44,859 bases of DNA, taken from the IMG/VR virus record IMGVR_UViG_3300017747_003010, positions 1 through 44,859 of that record, one strand, 5' to 3'. Source of the stretch: a virus. Its lineage: Duplodnaviria; Caudoviricetes. A program made the position numbers and the translations under genes. Below, in pieces: positions 11,001 through 19,899 of this stretch; the first letter of the stretch is position 1, and every line of letters begins with the position of its first letter. The notes beneath the pieces are model-generated. The model was not told where the DNA came from. It was given only the letters and a program-made list of their open reading frames with translations, and searched no databases.

Positions 11001-11513
11001 TTTGTTCCCGCAAGGACAAGTCTTACATCAGGTGTTGTTATCAAACAGCATATCTTAGAAAGAAATAAATATCCTCAACCACAAGTTGAATGGGAAGAAT
11101 TAGATTATAGTGGTTCTATAGATACTGCTTTTATGAGTGGTAGTACTGGAGGTACATTTAACCAATATAATACTACAACATTTGCTCAAGATTGGATACA
11201 AACATATGAAGGTCCAACAGGTATATCATATATTTCTCACTCTTCACAAGATGAGTTTTATAATGGGGAATTACCAGGCACAGAATTTGTAGTGACAAAT
11301 GGTGAGTTAACCTCTGCTAATGAGTATACTTTGCCTTCATTAACAGAAAATTTATATTCACCTACATTATATGTTAGTAATATAACTTCATTAGAAGATT
11401 TTTTAAATATTAATACCTCACCAAATTTAGGAGAAGTATATTTATGGTATGACACAGGTAGTTTTCTTAATATAAACCCACCAGGAGTACCTACAGCTTT
11501 TGAACCAGGATAA
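8001..11513 (+). CDS. Large baseplate wedge protein (gp7/P2 gpI-like motif) with LamG-like domain
   Basis: IPEYLR...LPYLAKTKGTIPGLRALINCFG (gpI/gp7-type KGT motif); WWSVMV...FTGSYQEIRYW resembles a LamG/concanavalin domain end. Confidence 0.65.
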   Translation: MAVKTTQINEINEYSSNDGSLLLPINTIPTFDPTTDHIEFTIETVDSSFRTTTYSYENYSYQPSTTGRTPGVDINPSNDLAKLGYTSGQFNTYYNFLRNELNSSYDNPSYFIKEISFDRTELKLSYVDNTVSSLSFESFKIINGNNYYLNFGDNNLILAVNFNFNINSNELYIKLYEPLPLNFNLKDKLWIVVKTADTLGFQVEITPDVVAPSITSFPLKGPNLNININDQINNSTDYQTYNTLITSSLLSTSYSQLENLMSSSGVEVNIDYTDFANFINFSSAVQRIKNFSYKVTQISSSQAEINILSSSFSGYTTSSNINILTNQINNIISNFDGYEYFLYYDSSSYAWPKSNSSVPYTLYPPTSTEVIDWLGNEDPYNPSYGGILSSASVYDANNPDYLIKSIPEYLRDDPQNEPYNLFVQLIGQHFDNIWIYYKDVTELHNTDNRLDYGISKDLVSQALQSFGVKIYQNNFSSNDLYSSFLGYGNPNPEMTSTLPVSTGSFQDYISNYITASYDASVTPLDDYNKEIYKRIYHNLPYLAKTKGTIPGLRALINCFGVPDTVLRISEFGGRDKDTSTYDYFDQQFNYAAVASSSAIITTPWFLSTAWSSSINQFKASSVQFRFKTSNFDTGSNYQLWALSTDGSNNYPSSSLVIQYTGSGLISGSYNGSIPNPYYQYAHLTFYPKIDDLTNTASVYLPLFDHDWWSVMVNKLGDTYTLYAGNKLYYDGYDGNQVGYLASSSVTLANATWTGSQSSIFLSSSVSIGGTTYNRFTGSYQEIRYWIKTGSVDSFKDYVMNPQSIDYSGEILYDDYLAFRLPLGGDLYINSGSVHPRATGSWAVTGSFIASNDAVLTNVTFTPNIETRFLNSPVIGLRGRVTDKIQIVSSSLPTGSVISQYRSIEQSYPLLGSESPDVNLLEVAFSPQNEINDDIIDSLGYFNIGEYIGDPRQVSSSATTYPDLVNLSNNFFQKYFDTYDLKDYVRLIKYFDNSLFKMIKDFVPARTSLTSGVVIKQHILERNKYPQPQVEWEELDYSGSIDTAFMSGSTGGTFNQYNTTTFAQDWIQTYEGPTGISYISHSSQDEFYNGELPGTEFVVTNGELTSANEYTLPSLTENLYSPTLYVSNITSLEDFLNINTSPNLGEVYLWYDTGSFLNINPPGVPTAFEPG

Positions 11514-11526
11514 TACAAAATAATTT

Positions 11527-12516
11527 ATGCCAACAGGATATGGAGCCGTCTTTAGTGATGGTGTTAAATATATAAAAATTAATAAATTTGACTCTACTGG
11601 GGCAGATAAATCTGACTATTTATCTCAACTTCAAACATTTAGAATCAATCATCCTGATGTAGGAATATTACAATATAATATAGCTACATCTCAAGTTCAA
11701 AATGATTATTTTATATTTGGGTTAACATATCCTCAACCTACTACATCATCAGTTGGAGATATAAATGATTATAGTTTTTTAGCTACATCTGCTAGTTTAT
11801 TCACTTATAATTTTGTACCATTAGGATTAGATAATGAATATTATAATAATAAAGTATCATCATATGGGTCTATAACAGGTAACTCTTTAGGATTTATGAC
11901 AGCCTCATCTGGGACATACACCTCAGGTCAAACTCCTAATAAATTCATACAAGTTAAAATTAGTGGAAGTACTACATTAAGTGCTGGCACAGTTCAATTA
12001 TTCGCTTATATAACTAAAGATGGTGGAACAGTACTTAATGGAGGGACACAAACAACTTTAATAAGTTCTAGTTTCCCGGGTGGTAATTTTGATGTCACAT
12101 TATATCTAACATCTTCATTTTCTATAATAGAAAATGATCAAATTGGGTTTGGTTTAAGTAGAGATGCTGGGTTAAATATTTTATCATTAAAAGACTTCCA
12201 TGTAAGTATGTCATTATATGATGCTGCTCCATTTAATGGTTCATCATCATTAATAACAGTACCTAACCCAGACGCTATTAATTTTTTCACTAGTGATTAT
12301 AATCCATTGTTAAATAATGCTGAAATACCTCAATATTCAAATATTTGGATGGATATAGATTATTCTCAAAATCCCTTGACGCCTGTTAATTTTGGTCTTA
12401 TCATATCTGGAACAGCTGATAGAGCATATGTTCAAGATTCTAATTATAGTTCAAGAGCATGGTCTGGTATTAGATATAATGGTAGTAGAACAACATCATA
12501 TGTAAATAATGTATAA
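11527..12516 (+). CDS. Putative tail/baseplate structural protein
   Basis: 329-aa S/T/G/N-rich beta-type ORF in tail module. Confidence 0.55.
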   Translation: MPTGYGAVFSDGVKYIKINKFDSTGADKSDYLSQLQTFRINHPDVGILQYNIATSQVQNDYFIFGLTYPQPTTSSVGDINDYSFLATSASLFTYNFVPLGLDNEYYNNKVSSYGSITGNSLGFMTASSGTYTSGQTPNKFIQVKISGSTTLSAGTVQLFAYITKDGGTVLNGGTQTTLISSSFPGGNFDVTLYLTSSFSIIENDQIGFGLSRDAGLNILSLKDFHVSMSLYDAAPFNGSSSLITVPNPDAINFFTSDYNPLLNNAEIPQYSNIWMDIDYSQNPLTPVNFGLIISGTADRAYVQDSNYSSRAWSGIRYNGSRTTSYVNNV

Positions 12517-12524
12517 ATAAGTTT

Positions 12525-14114
12525 ATGGCTAACTTTACAACTGTATATAAAACAAAAAATAACTCACCTATACCTACAAATATCGATAATGACCCTCAAA
12601 AGTTTTTATTAGGTAATAGTATTATAGGTGATTTTAATACTACTACAACAAATGGTAGTGGGCAAGGGGCACTATCATCAGCCGAAAAAAATCAAACTTA
12701 TTTTGCTTATTTTAATGGTGTAGGAGGTACTGGACCTGAAATTATTGACCAAACAGCTTATTTTATTAAATACTTAATTGATTCTCAAGGTAATGTTGTT
12801 ACTCCTCAAGCTAATTCATTTGCTTTATTAAATTTAAACCAAAACTTTGAACCAGGAAAAATAGTAAATGTCACTAGTCTAGATGGTACTACATTATTCA
12901 CTACATTATTAGGAAACAAAAAAACTACAGGTGTAGGAAAAATTGAAACTATAGCTGTAACTGAAACTGGTTCTGGAAGAATGGATTATATTCCAACTAT
13001 GAGTTTTGGTCCAAGTTACTTAGCAGCTAGTTTAGAAACAGCGTATGATTATAGATTCCAAGCTAAAAAAGCCCAGTCAGCTTATATAAGTAATAATACT
13101 TATGCTACTTTAGATTTTGGAACAGAAATATCAGACAGTGGAAGTAACTATAATAATAGTACATATATATATACTTTTCCTAATAACACATCTGATCAAG
13201 GTACTCAAGTAGTATTTAAAACTATAATTCTTATTCAAAACCCAGATGATGATAGTGAAAGTAATGTTTTTTATGTTACAATAGAAAAATCAACAGATGG
13301 GGGAACTAATTGGTCTCCATTAATACTAGACAATAATAATACATATAAAGTATATCCTATTCCTTCTACTAATAGTGGTAATAATTTATTCCAAGATTAT
13401 GTTGGAATATATGCTAATTTATCTAATCGTATTGTTGTAACTGAAACTAAAACTTTACCCCAAAATTTCAATAATGGAGACAAAATAAGAGTACGTTATA
13501 AATTAGATAATAACTCCTCAGCGGCTCAATGTAGAATTATGGCTTTAGATAGTGGGTATTCTACTGTATTTAGTAGTACTCAAACTTATGTAGCCACTAA
13601 TTTTATAACTAGTTCATATTGGTCAATAGGAACATGGTCAATTAATCCATCAACTGAGTACTCTGTTTTAACAGCTTCTAAAGCGTTAACAGGATTATAT
13701 AGTGATCAATATACTCAACTTATGCCTACTGCTTCAACAGCATTTGGATTTTCAACTATAACTCAACCATTTCAACCACAACCTGGGGATTTTATTCGCT
13801 TTGAATATGATAAAAGTAAAGTCCATACTATATATGAGGTAGGAACAGCAGATACAGGAAGTGGAACAGATATATCAGGTAGTTTAACTTTAAAAGTCAG
13901 ACCAGGTATTCCTACAGGATCCATATTAGATCATTTTTGTATTTATAGAGTGATACCAAATGGTAATTATCTTATATTAGATATTAAAAAACCATCTGGT
14001 ACAACTGGTCAACCTTTAACTGGGTTTATTAAACCACGATATATATCTGAGGAATTAGAGAATAATTTTGAAAATATAATTAGTAAACTTAACGCAGAAG
14101 GCACATTATCATAA
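12525..14114 (+). CDS. Putative tail structural/receptor-binding protein
   Basis: 529-aa S/T/N-rich; C1q-like segment (LDFGTEISDSGSNYNNSTYIYTFP) and BNR/Asp-box-like KSTDGGTNW. Confidence 0.55.
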   Translation: MANFTTVYKTKNNSPIPTNIDNDPQKFLLGNSIIGDFNTTTTNGSGQGALSSAEKNQTYFAYFNGVGGTGPEIIDQTAYFIKYLIDSQGNVVTPQANSFALLNLNQNFEPGKIVNVTSLDGTTLFTTLLGNKKTTGVGKIETIAVTETGSGRMDYIPTMSFGPSYLAASLETAYDYRFQAKKAQSAYISNNTYATLDFGTEISDSGSNYNNSTYIYTFPNNTSDQGTQVVFKTIILIQNPDDDSESNVFYVTIEKSTDGGTNWSPLILDNNNTYKVYPIPSTNSGNNLFQDYVGIYANLSNRIVVTETKTLPQNFNNGDKIRVRYKLDNNSSAAQCRIMALDSGYSTVFSSTQTYVATNFITSSYWSIGTWSINPSTEYSVLTASKALTGLYSDQYTQLMPTASTAFGFSTITQPFQPQPGDFIRFEYDKSKVHTIYEVGTADTGSGTDISGSLTLKVRPGIPTGSILDHFCIYRVIPNGNYLILDIKKPSGTTGQPLTGFIKPRYISEELENNFENIISKLNAEGTLS

Positions 14115-14122
14115 TATTTATA
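14114..14122 (+). promoter_or_regulatory. Late-promoter-like motif ATATTTATA
   Basis: Overlaps upstream stop, 19 nt before ATG 14142. Confidence 0.5.
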
Positions 14123-14141
14123 ATAAAATCATAAAAAAGAA

Positions 14142-14798
14142 ATGGGATATTTAAATAACCAAATCATAACAGTAGACGCTATCTTAACTAAAAAAGGTAG
14201 AGAATTATTAGCCAAAAATGATGGCTCATTCAGAATCACACAATTTGCTTTATCTGATGATGAGATAGATTATACTCTTTACAACCCAACAAACCCATCA
14301 GGTTCTGCTTATTATGGTCAAGCGATTGAAGGTATGCCTTTATTAGAAGCATTTTCTGATGAAACTCAAATAATGAAATACCAACTTACTACTTTACCAC
14401 GTGGAACAGCTAAAATGCCTATTATTAATATTGGTTATACTAATATTACTTTAAAACAAGGAGCTTCATTATCAATTACACCCCAAACATTAAATTACCT
14501 AGGTGGATCACAAACATTTGAAACATCAGGATATAATTTTACTATTGGTGATGTTAGGACAATGAGTGTATTTAATGGAGTAGGTATTAATACAACTAAT
14601 GCTACTGCTTTAAATTCAACAACTACTCTTGGAACTAATGTGTCTAAGACAGTAATTGGTTCTACATTGAATATGACTGGAACTACTATTAACACATTAT
14701 TTGGTTCTCAAACTCAATTACAAACTATATTGATTGTTCAAGGTAGAGATAGTGGAGCAAGAGTAACTATTCCAATCACCATAACAAAAGTTAGCTAA
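14142..14798 (+). CDS. Virion structural protein, tail-collar/fibre-attachment N-terminal-like
   Basis: ILTKKGRELLA...ITQFALSDDEIDY resembles the N-terminus of tail-collar fibre proteins. Confidence 0.55.
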   Translation: MGYLNNQIITVDAILTKKGRELLAKNDGSFRITQFALSDDEIDYTLYNPTNPSGSAYYGQAIEGMPLLEAFSDETQIMKYQLTTLPRGTAKMPIINIGYTNITLKQGASLSITPQTLNYLGGSQTFETSGYNFTIGDVRTMSVFNGVGINTTNATALNSTTTLGTNVSKTVIGSTLNMTGTTINTLFGSQTQLQTILIVQGRDSGARVTIPITITKVS

Positions 14799-14816
14799 TA
14801 AAAATATTATAAAAAA

Positions 14817-15884
14817 ATGTCATATAAAGCTTTAGACCCTCAAGATTTTCTAGTTAGCGCGGATACAGTAACAGCTCCATGTTGGACTAATTATGTTTCC
14901 CCATTAACTGCTATGTATACATCCTCTGTACAAGTAGCAGGAACATCAGGAAATTATTACCTAAATGTTTATAATTTAGATCCCTCAACTAACTCATCAA
15001 CAACAGAACTACAATTCAACATTACTTATGGTAATAAGTTTGGATCTGGATCTTTATTATATGATGCGGGTATTAATGGATTATCACCAACTAGAACAAT
15101 CTATGGCCAATGGAGAAATATGATTTATGGAGATGAAAATACTGACTTCTCATTTTCAACAATCACCCCATCTCAACAAGATTTTTACGCCATTACAATT
15201 GATAGAGCAAGATACAAAGAATCATTATTCCCAGGTTCATTAAACTTAACTTTATACTCAGCTTCTAATTCTATTACTTTAACAGACAATAGTTTAGATA
15301 CAACAACTATTACTTATAGTGACGCAGGTCGTGTATTCCAAATTGTGTCAGGAAGTAATGGAACAGCTACAACTGCAACTATACTTGGAAGCATAAGTAA
15401 TGGTATGACAGTATCAGGTTCATATGGTTTATTCTTACCTGATGTTGGAACTATCATATTAAACGCGGCTGCTTTAGATTTACCATTTGCTAGTGGAGGT
15501 ATTGCTTTAAACACATTAAGAACCTCTAATACTAATGTTAATAACCCATTACGTTTATACTCAACTGCCTCAGGTAGAATAGGTATGACTACAGGATCAT
15601 TTACAAGTAGTTTCTCATTAAACTCACAAGAAACAATCACTTCAGATTTTGTATTTTGTAGAGCAAGAAACGCTGAATTTAACTATACTGAAAACCCAAG
15701 TTTTATATCAGGTAGCACAGGAACTGTATTATATGATTTGTTTATCAACAGCCCAACTACTTATATTACAACAGTAGGTTTATATAATGATTCAAATGAA
15801 TTATTAGCAGTAGCTAAGTTATCTAAACCACTTAAGAAAGACTTTACAAAAGAAGCATTAGTACGTGTTAAATTAGACTTTTAA
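14817..15884 (+). CDS. Virion structural protein, tail-collar C-terminal-like
   Basis: C-terminal YITTVGLYNDSNELLAVAKLSKP motif. Confidence 0.6.
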   Translation: MSYKALDPQDFLVSADTVTAPCWTNYVSPLTAMYTSSVQVAGTSGNYYLNVYNLDPSTNSSTTELQFNITYGNKFGSGSLLYDAGINGLSPTRTIYGQWRNMIYGDENTDFSFSTITPSQQDFYAITIDRARYKESLFPGSLNLTLYSASNSITLTDNSLDTTTITYSDAGRVFQIVSGSNGTATTATILGSISNGMTVSGSYGLFLPDVGTIILNAAALDLPFASGGIALNTLRTSNTNVNNPLRLYSTASGRIGMTTGSFTSSFSLNSQETITSDFVFCRARNAEFNYTENPSFISGSTGTVLYDLFINSPTTYITTVGLYNDSNELLAVAKLSKPLKKDFTKEALVRVKLDF

Positions 15885-15887
15885 TGA

Positions 15888-16874
15888 ATGAGCGCATTCA
15901 AACAATTTTTGAGTACGGATGTTATTGTATCTCCGTTAGTTGTTAATAAAAGTTTTACTTTTTATGGGAGTGCATCTTGTGCAGAAGTAGGAATTCAAAG
16001 ATTTATAGGAATCAATGTTTCACCCTTTGCTATTAGTAATGATATAACCAATATTGACAATTTTCAATCAATATCAGGATCATTAGTTTATAATTCTATT
16101 AAACAATTATATTATACTAATTATATTCCTAACCCAATTAGTGGTTCACCATATGTGACTAATTATTTAGGGCAAGTGGTTGAAGATAACTCCCAAACTG
16201 ATGTTTATAGTAGATTTTACAACTATGAACAAACTAGCTTATTCCAAACTAGTTCAGCTACTTATACTTCAAATTATGGATATAGTAGATATTTCCCTAC
16301 TCAATCTGCTAATTTTGTGACTCCCCAAGAAGGAATGATAGGAGTATTATCTATACCTAAAAATTTATTTGGAGATTATATAAACCCAAATTCATTTTAT
16401 ATGTCTATAGACTTAGAAGAATCTGGAAATCCATATATTTTTACAGACAATGGTGAAGGACTTTTAAATTTATCTGGCTCAGCAGAAACAAAAGGTATTA
16501 TTAATTACTCTCATGGAACAATAGTAATAGAATTAACTAATGCATCAGATCCTGTAGTTGATTGGGTAAGCACATATGATACATTATCCCCATTCACTTG
16601 TAGTTTCCAAAGTTCAAGAACAATATTTGAAACACAATATAAATGCACTATTAGACCTGAAGAATTTAATTTTAGTTTAAACCCATCATTAATATCAGGC
16701 TCTACAGAAGGTACTGTTTATAATTTTGTAACAAGTTCATATTTTAGTCCTTATGTTACAACAGTAGGATTCTATAATGAAAATCAAGAATTGTTAATGG
16801 TAGCTAAATTAGGTCAACCACTTCCAACAAGTACAACAACTGATACAACAATATTAGTTAATATAGATAAATAA
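15888..16874 (+). CDS. Virion structural protein, paralog of 14817..15884
   Basis: C-terminal EFNFSLNPS...YVTTVGFYNENQELLMVAKLGQP aligns by eye with the upstream gene. Confidence 0.6.
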   Translation: MSAFKQFLSTDVIVSPLVVNKSFTFYGSASCAEVGIQRFIGINVSPFAISNDITNIDNFQSISGSLVYNSIKQLYYTNYIPNPISGSPYVTNYLGQVVEDNSQTDVYSRFYNYEQTSLFQTSSATYTSNYGYSRYFPTQSANFVTPQEGMIGVLSIPKNLFGDYINPNSFYMSIDLEESGNPYIFTDNGEGLLNLSGSAETKGIINYSHGTIVIELTNASDPVVDWVSTYDTLSPFTCSFQSSRTIFETQYKCTIRPEEFNFSLNPSLISGSTEGTVYNFVTSSYFSPYVTTVGFYNENQELLMVAKLGQPLPTSTTTDTTILVNIDK

Positions 16875-16878
16875 GATT

Positions 16879-17325
16879 ATGATAAATTGGTTATATAAAG
16901 GTGAAAAGATAGAAAACATAGAAGATTTTGGTGACAAAACACCATTTGGTTTTGTTTATCTTATCTCTAACACTATCAATGGTAAAATATATATTGGAAA
17001 AAAATTCCTACAACATAAAAAAACTAAAAAACTAGGTAAAAAAGCTATGGCTGAACAAACTGGTCCTGGTCGTAAGAAAACTAAAGAAGTTACTTACGCT
17101 GAATCAGATTGGAAAACATATTGGGGTAGTTGTAAACCACTACTTGAAGATGTAGCATCATTAGGTGAAGATAAATTCTATAGAGAAATACTAGAATTAG
17201 CATGGTCATCAAAACACCTATCATACCTTGAAGCTAAATATCAATTTGTAACTGAAGTTTTAGAAAAAGATAGCTACAACGATAATATACAGGCTAGATA
17301 CTTTAAAAAAGATTTGGCTTTCTAA
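16879..17325 (+). CDS. GIY-YIG (Seg-like) endonuclease, short form
   Basis: FGFVYLISN..NGKIYIGKK, YWGS, F.REIL, E..YQ, YN motifs. Confidence 0.8.
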   Translation: MINWLYKGEKIENIEDFGDKTPFGFVYLISNTINGKIYIGKKFLQHKKTKKLGKKAMAEQTGPGRKKTKEVTYAESDWKTYWGSCKPLLEDVASLGEDKFYREILELAWSSKHLSYLEAKYQFVTEVLEKDSYNDNIQARYFKKDLAF

Positions 17326-17342
17326 TAGTTTGTTATTATCAT
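17313..17342 (+). promoter_or_regulatory. Host-sigma-type promoter for primase
   Basis: TTTGGCT-N17-TATCAT upstream of ATG 17349. Confidence 0.55.
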
Positions 17343-17348
17343 ATAACT

Positions 17349-18281
17349 ATGGTAAATCAAGCTTTAGTTTCAACATTAAACTCTGTTTTAGGTATAGGTA
17401 AAAAAACCTCTAAAGGTAATTATGCCTATCACTGTCCTTTTTGTAATCACCATAAACCAAAACTAGAAGTTAATTTATCTGAAAATGAAAAAGGTGAACA
17501 CCCATGGCATTGTTGGGTCTGTGATAAACGAGGTAAAAGTCTAACTAAACTATTTAAACTAATAGCAGCACCCGCTGATAAAATAGCTGAAGTAAAATCA
17601 TTAGTAAAATATGTTTCTGAACACTTAGAAGTAAACATAACTAATACTAAAGTAGAATTACCACCAGAATTTAAATCATTAATAGAACCTAATAATAGCA
17701 TTGAGTATAAGCACGCTATCAGTTATTTAAAACGCAGAAATATTACATCTGACGACATTATTAAATATAATTTAGGCTATTGTGATAACGGCAAGTACTC
17801 CAACTGTATTATAATACCTTCATATGATGAACATGGGGTATTAAATTATTTTACAGCTAGAAGCTTTGATAAAAATTCATCTATAAAATATAAAAACCCA
17901 GATGTATCTAGAAATATAATTCCATTTGAGTTGTTTATTAACTGGAATATACCAATTACATTATGTGAGGGACCATTTGATGCGTTAGCTATTAAACGTA
18001 ATGTTATCCCATTATTAGGCAAAAATATTCAAACAGCTCTAAAGAAAAAATTAGTAACATCTAAAGTAGAAAAAATATACATAGCATTAGATAAAGATGC
18101 TATTAAACAAGCACTTTCATTCTGTGAAGAATTATTAAACGAAGGTAAAGAAGTATACCTAGTGGATATGGATGATAAAGATCCTAGTGAAATGGGATTT
18201 GAAAAATTTACCTCCTTAATCCAAAATACTTTACCATTAACATTCTCAGGTTTATTTGAGAAGAAACTACAATTAATATGA
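17349..18281 (+). CDS. DNA primase (Zn-binding + TOPRIM), T4 gp61-like
   Basis: CPFC..H...HCWVC zinc domain; KYKNP; EGPFD, LDKDA and KDPSE TOPRIM motifs. Confidence 0.9.
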   Translation: MVNQALVSTLNSVLGIGKKTSKGNYAYHCPFCNHHKPKLEVNLSENEKGEHPWHCWVCDKRGKSLTKLFKLIAAPADKIAEVKSLVKYVSEHLEVNITNTKVELPPEFKSLIEPNNSIEYKHAISYLKRRNITSDDIIKYNLGYCDNGKYSNCIIIPSYDEHGVLNYFTARSFDKNSSIKYKNPDVSRNIIPFELFINWNIPITLCEGPFDALAIKRNVIPLLGKNIQTALKKKLVTSKVEKIYIALDKDAIKQALSFCEELLNEGKEVYLVDMDDKDPSEMGFEKFTSLIQNTLPLTFSGLFEKKLQLI

Positions 18282-19048
18282 GTAAAATCAAACATTCATA
18301 TGATCGAATTTTAGAAATATCAGACGACCATAAACAAATTACACTTCCTGATTCTAGATACTATAGAAGAAATGGAGACTACTACCCATCAGTAACTTAT
18401 GTCTTAAGTTCATATCCTAAAGGTAAACATTTTGAAGACTGGCTTAAAAAAGTAGGTTATGCTTCAGAATATATTGTTAAAAAAGCCGCTGAAGAAGGTA
18501 CTCAAGTTCATGAAATGATTGAAGAGTATTTAAATGGAGCAGAATTAACATTTTTAAATAAACAAGGCTACCCACAATATAATCCTGAAGTATGGATGAT
18601 GTTTTTACGTTTTGTAGAATTTTGGGAAACATATAACCCTAAATTAATTGAAACAGAAGTACATTTATTTTCCGATGAATTAAAAGTAGCAGGTACATGT
18701 GATTTAGTCTGTGAAATAGATAACGAGTTATGGATTATAGACTTTAAAACATCAAACCATTTACAAACAACTTATGATTTACAAACAGCTGTTTATAAAC
18801 AATGTTATAAAGAATGTTATGGTTTAGAAGCAGATCACGCTGCTGTGTTATGGTTAAAATCATCTAAACGTAAACTTAATAAAGAAAAAATGACAGGTAA
18901 AGGATGGGAAATATATGAATCTGAACGTTCCTTTGAAGAGAACTTAGACATATTTAAAACTGTACGTAAGTTATTTGACCTTGAAAACCCTAAATCAGCA
19001 CCTGTGTTTGAATCATTTAGAACTACTGCAAAACGACAGGATCTGTAA
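18278..19048 (+). CDS. PD-(D/E)xK exonuclease (RecB/Cas4-like phage exonuclease)
   Basis: YPSVT.VL, GTQVHEMIE, AGTCD...IIDFKTS, Q..VY. Confidence 0.85.
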   Translation: MSKIKHSYDRILEISDDHKQITLPDSRYYRRNGDYYPSVTYVLSSYPKGKHFEDWLKKVGYASEYIVKKAAEEGTQVHEMIEEYLNGAELTFLNKQGYPQYNPEVWMMFLRFVEFWETYNPKLIETEVHLFSDELKVAGTCDLVCEIDNELWIIDFKTSNHLQTTYDLQTAVYKQCYKECYGLEADHAAVLWLKSSKRKLNKEKMTGKGWEIYESERSFEENLDIFKTVRKLFDLENPKSAPVFESFRTTAKRQDL

Positions 19049-19058
19049 TATTTATGAT

Positions 19059-19096
19059 AAGAGGCTTGGTCTAGCTAGGTCTCTTTATTATATTTA
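19059..19096 (+). terminator. Hairpin terminator candidate overlapping a host-type promoter
   Basis: AAGAGGCTTGG/CTAGGTCTCTT stem (3 G-U) then TATTATATTT; also TTGGTC-N17-TATATT. Confidence 0.5.
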
Positions 19097-19101
19097 TGCA
19101 G

Positions 19102-19899
19102 ATGATAAAACTAGTAGATTTATTAAAAGAAATACAAGGTTCACCAAAAGCTATAATAATGGCTGGAGGAGCATCAGTAGGTAAATCAACAATCTTAAAA
19201 ACAATTGATTCACAATTAGGTGGGTTTGAAAATCTAAATGCTGATAAGTATGTAGAAGATAAAGATTCACCAATGTATGGTAATTTATCAGCTGCTTCAT
19301 CTCAAATAAGAAAACAAGATTTACCTAACGCTATAGCAGCTAAACGTAATTTAATTTACGACACCACAGCGTCTAATCTATCTACACTTCAACCAACATT
19401 AGATATGTTAAAAGAAGGTGGATATGATGTTATGATGTTGATGGTTTATGCTCACCCAATAGTATCATTTTTAAGAAACTATAAACGTGAACGTAAGGTA
19501 CCAGCTGCTGGTGTTTTAGGAACTTGGGCTAATGTTTACAATTTGTTAGACGAGTATAAAAACATATTCGGAGATAATTTTATTTTAGTAAATACACCAT
19601 CAGGCCCAGAGGAAGAAGCAGAAATCGCTAATTTTGAAAAAGCATATCAAGATGGTACTTTAAAAGAATATTTTGATAATTTGTTATCTACAGGTCAATT
19701 TACTTCATCATTTAGAAAAGATGATACTGAGTTGTCACCTGAAGAAAAAGCTAAACGAGAAAAATCAAGAGAAAAAACAAAACAACAACTTTATCAAAAT
19801 ATAGATAAAATAGCTAATACTTACGGGGATATTCAATCTAAATTAAATCCTATAGATAGTAAACAATTACCTACTATTATTAATAATTTTATTAAATGA
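19102..19899 (+). CDS. Zeta-toxin-like P-loop kinase
   Basis: IIMAGGASVGKST Walker A, NADKY, LIYDTT, RN.KRERKVP; probable start MIKLVDLLKE (track starts 19096). Confidence 0.75.
   Translation: MIKLVDLLKEIQGSPKAIIMAGGASVGKSTILKTIDSQLGGFENLNADKYVEDKDSPMYGNLSAASSQIRKQDLPNAIAAKRNLIYDTTASNLSTLQPTLDMLKEGGYDVMMLMVYAHPIVSFLRNYKRERKVPAAGVLGTWANVYNLLDEYKNIFGDNFILVNTPSGPEEEAEIANFEKAYQDGTLKEYFDNLLSTGQFTSSFRKDDTELSPEEKAKREKSREKTKQQLYQNIDKIANTYGDIQSKLNPIDSKQLPTIINNFIK

Noticed and set aside
11500-11540. Programmed frameshift joining 8001..11513 and 11527..12516
   Set aside because: No clear slippery heptamer or stimulatory structure; downstream gene has a normal ATG with A/T-rich leader; cannot be excluded without homolog comparison
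18278-19048. Cas4-like nuclease as sign of a CRISPR-Cas locus
   Set aside because: No repeat-spacer array or other cas genes; coupling to primase indicates a replication/recombination exonuclease
19102-19899. Zeta/epsilon toxin-antitoxin system
   Set aside because: No antitoxin-like upstream gene; context favours a phage kinase
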